Shown here: positions 25,324-37,349 of the stretch, in pieces
Numbering within the stretch: the first letter of the stretch is position 1
How the letters are laid out: every line of letters starts with the position of its first letter
Assembly: GCA_951406725.2 (NCBI GenBank)
Contig: OX597821.1
Coordinates: 63,550,001 to 63,614,000, forward strand
Direction: 5' to 3'
Length of the DNA stretch: 64,000 nucleotides
Source: Octopus vulgaris
Taxonomy: Eukaryota
Notes under the pieces: model-generated
Told to the model about the DNA's origin: nothing
Seen by the model: the letters and a program-made list of their open reading frames with translations, nothing else
The model's database searches: none
Position numbers and translations under genes: made by a program

Positions 25324-27104
25324 TGAGGCTTATATGTACTTGTGGGTGTGTGTGAGTGGGGTGGGTGTTTGTATTTGTTATGGGTGTGTGGTTTACGTGT
25401 GTGTATTTGTGTGTGAATGTATAGGTTAAAGGGATTGCTATATAAGTATGTTATAGGGTTTAGTAAAGGGAGGTTTTATCATTTATGTTTTTATGAGTTT
25501 TGATTTATCATGGTAGTTTTATTAAAGAATCCATTCATAATTTTTTTAAATAATGTTAGTTTACCGCGTGAATATAATTTTTAATTCCATTTATTCTATT
25601 TCTCCATTCATAATTTTAAATGACGTTTGCTTCCATAGCGCGTATTCTTTTTATACATAAGTTATGTTCCTATGGTAACGTAATTTTGGTTTGATGCTTT
25701 TAACGGCTTAGAATTTAATTTCACTTCATAATTTGAAACTGACTTGAAAGTATGTATATTATTTCTCCTTATGTCATATTGTTATTTTTGATATTCTGGT
25801 TACTTACGATGTATTTTATATATCGTTTTATGTGTAATAATGTTGTTTTTCTTTGGAGTGTTTATGTATGTGGGATTGTGTGTGAGTGTGTGCGTATTTT
25901 AGTTGTATAATTTATTTATCTGTATGAGTGTGGGTGTGTTAATATTGTTGTATATATCGAGTTTAGTGAGTATGTATATGTATATGGTGTGTGTTTTACG
26001 TATGTATATTTGTGTGTGAATGTGTTTATGGGTTTGCTATATAGGTTTGGGGATGTATGTGTTTATTTATCTGTGTGGGGTTGAGTGGGTTTTTGGAGTA
26101 TATATTGAGGTTTATATGTATGTATAGGTATGTGTGAGTGAGGTGGGTATTTGTATATGTCGTGGGTGTGTGGTTTACGTGTGTGTATTTGTGTGTGAAT
26201 GTTTAGGTTAGGGGGATTGCTATATAGGTATGTTATAGAGTTTAGTAAAGGGAGATTTTATCATTATATGTTTTTGTGAGTTTTGGTTTATCATGGTGGT
26301 TTTGTTAAGGAATTCGTAGTAATTTGTGTCTATTTGCGATGTCTGTTGTTTTGTTACATTGTTTCATTCATAATTTTTAAGTAATGTTCGTTTTACCAAG
26401 TGAATATAATTTTTAATTCCATTTATACCATTTCTCCATTCATAATTTTAAATGATGTCCGTTTCTAGAGCGGGAATGTGGGTTGTATGTGTGTGTGTGG
26501 GAGTATGAATAAGTATTGTGTTGAAGTATTTGGCTATTTTATTTATTTATCGTTGCCTAGACGTTTTTATGTGTATGTATACGGATATATATATAGGTGT
26601 GTGATTTAGTGTATGTATTTAGATATGGTTATATATAATTAGTTATATGTGTATGGGTGTATATATAGTTTATTTTTTATTCTGTTTTATATTTTATATT
26701 TTATATTTTATATTTAATTGTTGATAGGTTTATTTTAGTTTATATATTGTTTATATATTGATTATATATGGATTATATATAGGTTATATATAGATTATAT
26801 ATTTATATTTTTTCATTAATACTTTAATTATTTTAAAATTATTATTTTTATATTTTAAAATATTGATATTTTAGATTGGAAGTCCACCTGAAGATTGTCG
26901 ATCAGGACAAGAAACAATTGTAGTGGCGGTTATTTTGACTTTTTATTAAAATTTTATGTATTGATTAAGTCTTTCCTTGTTTGTTTTGCAAAATAGTGGT
27001 TTTGTCTCTAATAATATTATATAATATTTTACTATAAAATTGGATTTAATCCTAAATCTGATTTTTTCCCTGTAAATTTGGATTTATTCCCTAATATTTA
27101 TTAT
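25324..27104 (+). repeat. 3' pseudo-LTR, 1781 bp
   Basis: Direct repeat of 18486-20266; ends at TA-rich sequence. Confidence 0.95.
26884..26926 (+). ncRNA. Minimal type I hammerhead ribozyme
   Basis: ccac CTGAAGA ttgtc-gatcag-gacaa GAAA caattg TA gtgg. Confidence 0.88.
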
Positions 27105-27464
27105 ATATTTATATATATATATATATACATGCATACATGTACATATACACACATATTTATATATATTTATATTTATATATGTATGCATGTGTTTGCAAAC
27201 CACACTCAAGCTTCAGTTTCCACTCATCGTTGGAGAATTTGGGATACTTTGGATAATATCGGAATTGTAAATTACCTAACCGCAGAGAACTTACAACCAG
27301 CTGTCACCGTTACGTCGTTCTGTCGCGCCAATTTTTAGTATGCTCCTCCTTGCTATGCCTTTTATTTTTACGGATCTTTTGTATTGAATACCATATATAT
27401 TTCTATATACATATGCACAGACACACATAAACAAGTACACACACACACACACACATTAGCCACT

Positions 27465-27630
27465 ACACACATTTTTTTCTCTCCTTGTTTTTTCTGTGTT
27501 CCTTTCTGTAGAAGAGCGTTGGCTCGAAACGTAAAAGACTTTTTCTATTTCTGAGCGCTATACTAATACATCTGTTTGTTTTGTACACCACCTGACTTCG
27601 TCTTTTGTTTATTTTCGTAAACATTCCCTT
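27465..27630 (+). mobile_element. Family D HHR-bearing insert
   Basis: cttt CTGTAGA a gagc-gttg-gctc GAAA cg TA aaag at 27502-27537; ends in (TA)n. Confidence 0.7.
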
Positions 27631-27640
27631 TATATATATA

Positions 27641-28252
27641 TAAAAGAAGTTTGAAAACGCCACTACATAAGATAAATTTTAATTTTTTTTAGAGATGTTA
27701 TATGTTTCGGTTCTTCTTGTATAAACGAACCTTATCAAAAATATTTTAAAAAGTTAAGTGTAATAAAAAACGTTCTTAATTGTTTCTTACTAGTCTCAAC
27801 AGAGTCAACGTGGTGGTGTTATGTGGGGGCGGAGCATAATGCATTTCTTGTGCGTTGACTAGTTTCGATGGCTGTACTTGCTGCTACTAGTACGGCCAAT
27901 GAACTGCTGCTACAACTCCAACCACCACCACCACCACCACCACCACGGTCACTACCACTACGATTAACAGTCACTGCTACTACTGCTATTTCGGCCGCTG
28001 GTCATTTACAAAATTACAGCCAACGAATCTAGTCAACGCACAAGACAGTCATTATGCCCCCCCCCCCCCCACATAACACGACCACATGGACTCTGTTGAG
28101 ACTAGAAAGGAACAATGAACAACTTTTTATTACACTTATCGTTTTAAAAATATTTTTGATAAGGTTCGTTTTTTGAAGAAGAACCGAAACGTAAAATCTT
28201 TAAGAAAATTAAAATTTATCTTATATAGTGGCGTTTTCAAACTTCTTTTTTA
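27641..28252. mobile_element. Fold-back insert with ~235 bp diverged arms and an HHR variant
   Basis: Arms 27641-27876 / 28015-28252; TA-rich flanks. Confidence 0.75.
28152..28197 (+). ncRNA. Hammerhead-like motif with U3-A8 core (UUGAUAA)
   Basis: attt TTGATAA ggttc...gaacc GAAA cg TA aaat; the same core is in the inverted arm (~27695-27742). Confidence 0.6.
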
Positions 28253-28261
28253 TAAATATAT

Positions 28262-28486
28262 ATTTCTTTACTACCCACAAGGGGCTAAACATAGAGGGGA
28301 CAAACAAAGGGATTAAGTCGATTATATCGACCCCAGTGCGTAACTGGTACTTAATTTATCGACCCCGAAAGGATGAAAGGCAAAGTCGACCTCGGCGGAA
28401 TTTAAACCCAGAACACGTGACAGCAGACGAAATACGGCTACGCATTTCGCCCTGCGTGCTAAACGATTCTGCCAGCTCGCCGCCTT
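28262..28486 (-). mobile_element. SINE family B
   Basis: Reverse complement of 8308-8540. Confidence 0.85.
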
Positions 28487-28520
28487 TTTATAAATATATG
28501 CCCCCTCGTATGCCACCTAC

Positions 28521-28524
<4 letters not shown>

Positions 28525-28559
<35 letters not shown>

Positions 28560-28566
28560 TATATAC

Positions 28567-28652
<86 letters not shown>

Positions 28653-28656
28653 ATAT
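28525..28656. repeat. (TA)n microsatellite (hAT insertion site)
   Basis: Direct inspection. Confidence 0.95.
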
Positions 28657-31600
28657 CAGGGGCGTGCACTCTCAGCAATGCAAGGTATGCGCTGCATGCC
28701 TTCCTTGTTTCAAAGAAAATACGTCCAGTTGTTTTAGAAATATTGTCTCCACTTCGTACATCTGCTTTGATAAATGCTTTTAGAAGATCGCATGATACAC
28801 ACTCCCTCTCTGTCTGTATTAGTTTGTCCTTCCTTCCTCTCTCTCTCTCTCTTTCTATCTTAGTGACTCGATAAATTTATCGCTTGTCATGCGTTGGGAA
28901 GACAGCATGAGTCCCTTCTCTCTGTCTTTGATAGTTTGTCCCTTCTCCCTCTTTCTTTGTTTAAAAGATATACTACGAGGAATGGTCACCCCCTTCTCTC
29001 TCAGCGATTCGACAAATTCAGTTTGGCGTGTCATGCTGTGCTTAGATCGCATATTACGCCTCTGGCTATTTTGACCGGAACACGAGCCGTCCCATAATTC
29101 TTGTTTTAGCCAGCTGAAATGTTGGAATAGCCTTCGCATGTAAGTTTGAAATTTTTTATCCAAAACATCCGTTTGCACTATCATATTTTTAGAAAGTTTT
29201 GAAAGCAAAAATATCTACATTATATTTCTTATTTCAGAAATAGCTAATTAATCTTAAATTAATTTAACAAAGGGTATTTTTTCCGTTTTGTTGAAATTGA
29301 CTTAAAATTTACGCCGGCGCTTCCACGTGGGTCCTTAAATAAGAGCAGCCTTTTTAAAAATGAGTGAAATGTGTGCTATAAACGATATTTTGAGAACTAG
29401 TTTTTCTAAAAGGGACTTCGATGGGAAAAAATTAATTATAAATCGCGGGAGACCAACACCGAATTTACCTAATTTGCGAAGCTACAACAAGAAATTCACG
29501 AGACAATTTCAGGTTAATTCGTATGAAAAGAAGAAATGGTTAACTGGAAGTGTTGCTCTTAATAAATTATTCTGTTGGCCGTGTTTACTTTTTGGTTTAG
29601 AAAAAAATGTTTGGAATGATAAAGGCTATGATGATTTAAATAATTTACATATGGCTATGCTAAAGCACGAGCGTTCTCAAAGGCATATAAAATGTTTGAT
29701 AGACCTTAAAATATTCGGGAATGTTCGCATAGACTTACAATTAGATGCACGTAAAAATCAAAGCATACAACAGCATAATGAGAAAGTTCGACGAAACAGA
29801 TCCATTCTGCAACGATTGATCGATGTTGTTATTTTTAGGCCTCCAGGAATTATCGTTTCGGGGTCATTTTGAATCTGAAGGCTCTAATAATCGGGGAAAT
29901 TATAAAGAACTCGTTTATTTGATCAGTAAGTATGACAAACAAATGGAAAGTCATTTAGATACAGCTTCTATCTTCACTGGTCTGTCGAACAGAATTCAAA
30001 ATGACTTGATCGAAGCAATTCATAAAGTTATGTTGAATGAGATGCAGAAGGAAATTGACCAAGCTAAGTTTGTTTCTATTCTTGTTGATGAGATATCTGA
30101 TGTCTCAGCATCTTCACAATTGTCAACAGTTTTACGTTATGTTACAGAAGACTGTGTGACGAAAGAACGATTTATCGGTTTTAGTGATGTTAGTGCAGAT
30201 CGATCTGCAAATGCTTTATCTGAACATGTTTTTAAATGCATTGAGACGTGGGAATGTGGAAACAAATTGATTGCGCAGACATATGATGGTGCCGCTACAA
30301 TGGCAGGACAACTAAATGGGTTACAGGCAAAAGTAAGAAAGAAATATGAATGTGCGATCTTTATTCATTGTTGTGCCCATATCCTAAATTTAGTTCTTTC
30401 ACAATCATGCTCTGCTATGAAAGAATGCAAGATATTTTTTTCTACAATAAATGGACTCGGTACATTTTTTACGAAATCACCGAAAAGGACTAATGCATTA
30501 GATAATATTGTTAAAAAAAGATTTCCGAAAGCAACAGCAACTAGATGGAATTACTCCTCACGTCTTATTATTACCACAAAGGAAAATTATAATTTCATAA
30601 TCAGCCTTTTTGAACACATCATTGAAAATCCTGAAGCATGGGATGAGACCACCATAAATTCAGCAATTGGATTCTTACACATTTTAAAAGCTCCTGATTT
30701 CTTATTTTTGTTAGAGGTATTCAGTGACATTTTTTCTTTTACTGACGTCTTATTTAACATACTCCAGAGTAAAAGTCATGACATAGTGTATTGTAAACAG
30801 CAAATAGATAAAACTAGAACTGTACTCGAAAACAAACTTGATAATTTTTCAGTCTTTTATGATAGGTTAGGGGAAAAATATGGAGTCGATGCAGGAATCG
30901 GAATTCAGAGATCCAAGAATATATCTATTGATCCCCAACGACATTATAGAACGCTTTATAACAAAATTATAAGTACAATAGTTGACCAAATAAAAGCACG
31001 ATATTCATCCTTAGAAGTGTTTAAATTCATGGAACTTTTGAATTTCAACAAAGTTGATGAGTATTGCAAACAATTTCCTGTGGACTCTTTAGATTCTTTA
31101 AGAACAACTTATGGCAGATTTTTTGATGTAATACGATTACAAAGTGAGCTCAATGTGATGTATTCAATGAAAGATTTTAAAAAACCAAGTGTAAGTCATT
31201 TAATGAGTTACATTAACAGCACTGATCTTGTTGAAGCTATGCCAGAACTCTTCAATCTGTGCAAGTTGATTTTGACAATTCCGTCTACCACTGCTTCTGT
31301 AGAGCGATCCTTTTCTGCATTAAGTAGAATTAAAACATACCAAAGAAATGCGACAGGAGAAAGAAGACTGTCTAGGTTAGCACTAATGTCAATTGAAAAA
31401 GATTTATTACAAGAATTGATGAAAAGAGAAGATTTCTATGAAAATGTGATAGATATATTTGCCCAGAAAGATCGAAGAATTGAATTAATTTATAAATGAG
31501 CTAAGTAACATTTTAAAACATTAAAAAAATATATATTAAAGAGCATATATTACAGGTTTTGCTTAGTGTTTGTTATAACGTAAGGTTCGACCTTCTTACA

Positions 31601-32453
31601 TCAGTATTGTTTCGCAGGAGAAATGTTTTGATTTCTTCGTGAAACCTACCTACATAGATTTCCCTTTCTGTGCTGCTGGGTGTAGTCTATTTACGGCCGT
31701 AAATAAGTGTTTTGTTTCACTTTCAATAAGTGTCTTGTTTCAATCTCAGAGATGTTGACTTCTGCCACAACAGTTTTGGGAGGCTTTTTACAATGTTGAA
31801 TTTTCGCTGTCTTTTATTGTGTGCGTATTCATGTATATGCGTGTATTTTCAATGTTTGTGCGTGAGACGTAGTCCTTTAATGTACGGAGTTCAGTAAGTC
31901 TCAGAACAGTCAATAATTTTCCCGGAATTGACAAGTAGCATGATAAAGAACCTGACTTGTCTTCGAGAGCGTAACGATCTAAAACCATGGCCATATAATG
32001 TAACTAAATGTGTTCTTTTAATTAAATCATTTCATTCAGCTCAACCGATAGGTATAGGGGCAAATGCAGAATCGCACCCCTTTGAAAAACGAATTTATGT
32101 GAAAATTTTTTTCGGATTCCTACCTTTAACAGAGATTCTGAATATGCAAAAATATTGACAGGATCCAATTTCATCTTTATTACATTTCACTTATGATTTT
32201 TAGACTTTTCTAAGGGAGAATGAGGATGGGAAAGTACTGACGTTTCGAAGAGCAAAGAATAATACAAACAATACACTTATTTCAGGATCATCTCTGCACA
32301 GCCATTTTTTATTCCCTGTTTATTCTGCATATTCAGAATCTCTTATATGTAAATCGTAGGAATACGAAAATGTTTTACTGAAAAATTGCCGGTGGGAGGG
32401 GGGGCAATGAAATTAATTGCATGCCCAACGCCGGAAGTCACCGCACGCCACTG
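28657..32453 (+). mobile_element. hAT DNA transposon (ZMYM1/Tip100-like transposase), 3797 bp
   Basis: TIRs CAGGGGCGTGC / GCACGCCACTG (10/11 match); 8-bp flanks atctatat / atatatat (7/8) consistent with a TSD; transposase inside. Confidence 0.92.
29360..31499 (+). CDS. hAT transposase split by one frameshift at ~29825-29838
   Basis: ORF1 has a TTF-type Zn finger (FCWPC...KHERSQRH). ORF2 has FRGH, GNY, SNRIQNDLI, LVDEISD (D1), QTYDGA (D2), HCCAH, TRWN and SVERSFS (E, dimerization domain). Confidence 0.9.
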
Positions 32454-32510
<57 letters not shown>

Positions 32511-32984
32511 CCATAGACAGTCGTAAAGGCTGGGGGAATTTGTTTTATATCGTGAGTTCTTTAAATTCAGTAGAGCTATTTCGTATTCATGGTACAAGCA
32601 TATATACATTTGTGGTGTCTATTCATATACAAACACATACGTACATAAGCACTCACACACACGCAAACATATATACTCACATATACCCATATGCTTTAAA
32701 TGAATTTCTGATTTAGGCGCGAGACCAGCAATTCTGAGGGGAGCATGTTAATCGATTATATCATCTCGTACTTGACAGGTACTCTATTTTATCAATACCA
32801 GAGGGATATGAATGACAAAGATTCATTCAGCATAATTTGAACCAGGACGATACGTCCACAACCTAAAACAATACCACAAGGTATTTTCCTCGAAGATATA
32901 ATGAGCCATATATACAAATATGTAGTAAAAATATACAAAATTTGAGAAACTAGGAAATAAATTGTTTTGTCGGTGAATACTCTC

Positions 32985-33178
32985 TCCCTTTTACCCTTTT
33001 ACTTGTTTCAGTCATTTGACTGCGGCCATGCTGGAGCACCGCCTTTAGTCGAGCAAATCCCCCAGGACTTATTATTTGTAAGCCTAGTATTTATTCTGTT
33101 TGTCTTTTTTGGCGAACCACTAGGTTACGAGTACGTATACACACCAGCATCAGTTGTCAAGCGATGTTGGGGAGACAA

Positions 33179-33274
<96 letters not shown>

Positions 33275-33643
33275 ATATGTTACAATTATTCAAAAGTCAT
33301 GATAAAACTCTGAGTTTCGGATGCCGAAATCCACAACACAATCTCTTCGGTTATTTGGCCATCTGAAAAACGCTATGAAAAAATACCGTTATATCTTAAG
33401 TTATATAAGTAGCGGAATCATAACACAGTTATTGCCCTTTATATAACGGTATTTTTTTCATACCGTTTTTCAGATGGCCAGATAACCGAAGCGATGGTGT
33501 TGTGGATTTCCACTTCAGCATCCGAAACTCAGAGTTTTATCTTGACTTTTGAATAATTGTAACATATTATTTTATAGATAAATTTCGTCTATTTACATAA
33601 TATTGAGGTCTCTTTCTTTCTTTTGTTATCTTAACCGTTTTTA

Positions 33644-33702
<59 letters not shown>

Positions 33703-33790
33703 AGCTTTTTCAGTTTCCGTCTACCAAATCCGCCCACAAGGCTTTGGTCGGACCGAGGCTATAGCAGAAGACACTTGCCCAAGGTGCTAC
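32985..33790 (-). mobile_element. SINE family C interrupted in its (TA)n by a fold-back insert
   Basis: 3' part at 32985-33180 and 5' part at 33700-33790 (tttcagtttccgtctaccaaatcc...gacacttgcccaaggtg). Confidence 0.8.
33266..33647 (+). mobile_element. Fold-back (TA)n insert with degenerate HHR
   Basis: Arms ~33266-33395 / 33441-33577 plus tail; gataa CCGAAG(A/C)...catcc GAAA ctc-a-gag TT ttatc at 33481-33541. Confidence 0.7.
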
Positions 33791-33859
33791 ACAAAATAAT
33801 AAGGCCTATAACACATTATTCCAAAACAACTATTAATACAGAAAAGACCTGGGGCTGAA

Positions 33860-34240
33860 CCAAATCCTCCCAACGTATATCTTCTCAGGGAGTGAAAGAC
33901 AACCCCAAATCGTAGAAAAATACAAATAAAATCAACAATAAAAATATGCAGTAGACTCAATTGTTGTATATGATTTAATCTGGATGAAGGTTCTGTTTCA
34001 AACGAAGACAATTACTCACAATAGAAAATAATTTCATCTGAGCATCTTTAAATGTAATCAAAGCAGTAACATACTAAGCGTGTGTGAAACATAATATTGC
34101 ACGAACGATACTCGCTTTACGACAACACATGGGTCGCAAATCAAAACACCTGAATAGAGACAAATATAACTAAGTGAATCTATAGACGCAGATGCAGGCA
34201 AGAAACAACTAAAATTTATGATTGTTTTTTGTCTGTAAAT
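33860..34240 (+). pseudogene. Highly degraded PLE linker/GIY-YIG remnant (Neptune-like)
   Basis: Broken frames give KRQP.., CSRLNCCI, SLNVI and ACVKHNIART..LRQH, in the order expected for RQPPN / CxxC / NVIY / YIG.T..LR.R. Confidence 0.4.
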
Positions 34241-35067
34241 TTGGTGATGATACAACTCAACGGCAACACATCAAGGGAGGAATGCCCTTCACAGCAAAAT
34301 ACCAACCACGTATAAATACCAATCACAGAGAAAGGGAGACAAGAACCACTACGAAAACTACTACAACGGTTACTAAAATTAGTGACTGCTATAAGACACT
34401 CGGAGACCTGCTGTTGCTTTTTCTCAAGCTACTACATATCATAGCCCTAACCATCGTCACTTTCATTAGCCGGCTACTACAGCCAGCTAGAATAATCAGA
34501 CGCAAAGAAAATGTAGCATCATGTGGTTTCTATAAGAAAAATACCAGACCTTCCAGAGCTGATCATGCGAAAGATTAATTTAATTCAATTTAAATGAACT
34601 CATTTTACTTATCATTTCTTTACATTCCTGCATTTTCCTTATCATTCAAGCAATCGAAACCACTAGGTGCTTAATTAAAAATTTAAATAGTCTTTTTTTT
34701 TTCATAATAAATTTCTCGAAGAATTCTATTTTCATTCTTTTCATTATATGTATATGTATATGTGAGTTTGTTCCTGGTCAGGTAATTCTAATTTAGCAGT
34801 CAAAAATGGATATAATACCACTCTTTACTTTTAAGATTTCTCCCTTACAACTGTTTGAGAGATGGTGTTGGTTAATTTACATTCCAGTAGCCTAGTGGTA
34901 CGGCAAAAGATGTCTATAGAATAAACAACAGGCTTGAAAAATGGGTTATGAGATCTACTTGTGCGACTAAGCACTACAAAGCGTGCCCCAGCGTGGCCGA
35001 AGTCTAAAACAAGTAAAAGATAAAAGATACCTGTAAACAATCGTTTAAGAAGATAGAGAAAGAGCTA

Positions 35068-35117
35068 GATAGATAGATAGACAGACAGACAGGCTATAGA
35101 CAGGCAGACAGACAGAC

Positions 35118-35197
<80 letters not shown>
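35068..35197. repeat. (GATA)n/(GACA)n microsatellite
   Basis: Direct inspection. Confidence 0.95.
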
Positions 35198-35198
<1 letters not shown>

Positions 35199-35589
35199 TG
35201 TATACAATAATGTAAACTATTTCCCCTTTCACTCTCTAAAATCACATCTTTCTATCGTTATAGTAATGAAAAACAGTGTATCTTCGTTTTAAAACATTGA
35301 CAGATTCTCCATCTCAATTCTGCATGTAAATTAGTATCATATACCCAGCAGAGCTATAAAGAAATAGTTTCGTTTGATATGTGCATCAGACTTTGTATGT
35401 TCATACAACAAATGCTTAAGTAAACAGAATGAAATATTTTTATGAGATTAACGCAATCATATTTTCCAGTGTGTTAATCTTTACTATCGTATGAGGCCGC
35501 AAATTACAATTTGTCTAGACGTTTTTAGATTTAAATTTCAGCAAATTCTATTTTATAACAATCACAAGAAAACAACAGCAACAATAATC

Positions 35590-35986
35590 ATTTCTACTAT
35601 AGGCACAAGGCCTGAATTTTGTGAGGAGGGACACAATCGATCACATCGACCTCAGTACACAACTGGTACTTATTTTATCGAACTCGAAAGGATGAAAGGC
35701 TAAGTCGACCACGGCGGAATTTGAACTCAGAAAATAGCGATGGATGAAATACCTATTTCTTTATTGCCCACACGGGGCTAAACACAGAGGACAAACAAGG
35801 ACAGACAAACGGATTAAGTCGATTATATCGACCCCAGTGCGTAACTGGCACTTAATTTATCGAACCCGAAAGGATGAAAGGCAAAGTCGACCTCGGCGAA
35901 AAATTGAACTCAGAATTTAAAGACAGACGAACTACCGCTATGCATTTCGCCCGGCGTGCTAACGTTTCTGCCTGCTCACCACCTTA
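35590..35986 (-). mobile_element. Two nested SINE family B copies
   Basis: Reverse complement of family B occurs twice. Confidence 0.85.
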
Positions 35987-37349
35987 ACAACAACAACAAT
36001 AATAATAATAAAGAAGAGATTTTTAAATTCTCAAACTCAGGATAATGCTACTAATATAGCTACCCCTATATAGTCCGCAAATCTTCTGGTCTGGTTTCAA
36101 ATACAATATCGCTTAATTCAAATTTTGAAGACATAGAGGCAACTATTGCATGAAGCAACAGGAAAAAGTTTTTATTTTATTTTTCTATCCAAACTGTTGA
36201 AATCGTTATGTAAGAGATGGAAATAGATAGAGATGATAAATGAAGTTGTTTATGACAGTTTCCAATATGTATGAGATATTGCAAAATCAGGAGATTAAAA
36301 TCGTGCCCTTTCTTTCCAAGACATAACCACCGAGTGAGAGAACGATCGATTAGTTGGCAATGCAGTGCACTGTTTCTAGGTATAACAAATAGTTTGTGGT
36401 AGCAGGGGTTTTGTGAGCATTTGAGACAACAAATATTATTTAAGAGAAATAGAAACTTTTAACGAATTGAATATGCAATATATGTAACAGTTATTACGTG
36501 CGAAGGTGCTCACAGACATGCTTAGACAAGACCACTTAAACCATTAAACAAAACCAATTAGTCAAGAACAATTACACAAAACCAATTAAAACACAATTAC
36601 CCCTGTTCATTATTAAGTTGGAGATTACAATGTAGCCTGGACTGCTAAGAATTATTCTATACAAAAGGTGACCGATTTGTGTCTCAGAGAATACTTAAAG
36701 TAGTAGCCTCTTTCTTACCTAGAGGTGCTAGGTAGGATCAAATTTGCAGACTGTCAGCGGATGTTGGTCGGGAACAGAGTGGAAGAGATTGGTCGCAAAT
36801 TTTGAATATGAGAACATAATGATATCATTAAGTTTTGCTTTAATGTTTTGTATAAAATATAATTTTGTAATTTCGCTTTATATTTCTTTATTTTTTATCA
36901 GTTGGCTTAATGTTGTTTGTATTTGATTGTGTTAAATTAATATATATTTAGTTTACATTGAGTAAACATGCACATACTATATTTCAATAACTGTTTCTGA
37001 TAAATTAAAGTCGTTTATAAAAGGTGCTAAAATGTTTCTAACATATTAGCTTCAATATTTTTAATTTTTAAAAATATGACAGGAAATCAAATGCAATATT
37101 GAAATGAAAGTGGGAAATGAGTTTATGTTTTTTTCTATTTAAGTTTTTATGAAGCACATTAACATTTAATATTTAAAATTGATTATTGAAATACGAGCGG
37201 AGATAGCCTATTCACTCTACTGCTATCATTTCCAACATAAGGTATAAAAGAAGATTAATTGAATATGTTAGTTAATATGAAAACGTTCAAGTGGCATGCT
37301 TTCTAAATTTACTTAATGCAAGTAATTTAAGCTAAATGGCAAGTCTGCG

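Larger units (their letters stand above)
18301..27104 (+). mobile_element. Near-intact Penelope-like retroelement (probably Hydra clade) inserted in (TA)n
   Basis: Order is inverted pLTR piece (18301-18485), pLTR (18486-20266), RT/GIY-YIG ORF, long UTR, pLTR (25324-27104); there is an HHR in each repeat and TA-rich sequence on both flanks. Confidence 0.93.

Noticed and set aside
18486-27104. LTR retrotransposon, CRISPR array or telomeric repeat (ttaggttaggggg)
   Set aside because: No TG..CA ends, PBS, gag or integrase; the repeats are hundreds of bp with no unique spacers; TTAGG occurs only as isolated pairs.
29820-29845. Programmed frameshift in the hAT transposase
   Set aside because: No canonical slippery heptamer or downstream structure; a mutation or sequencing error is simpler.
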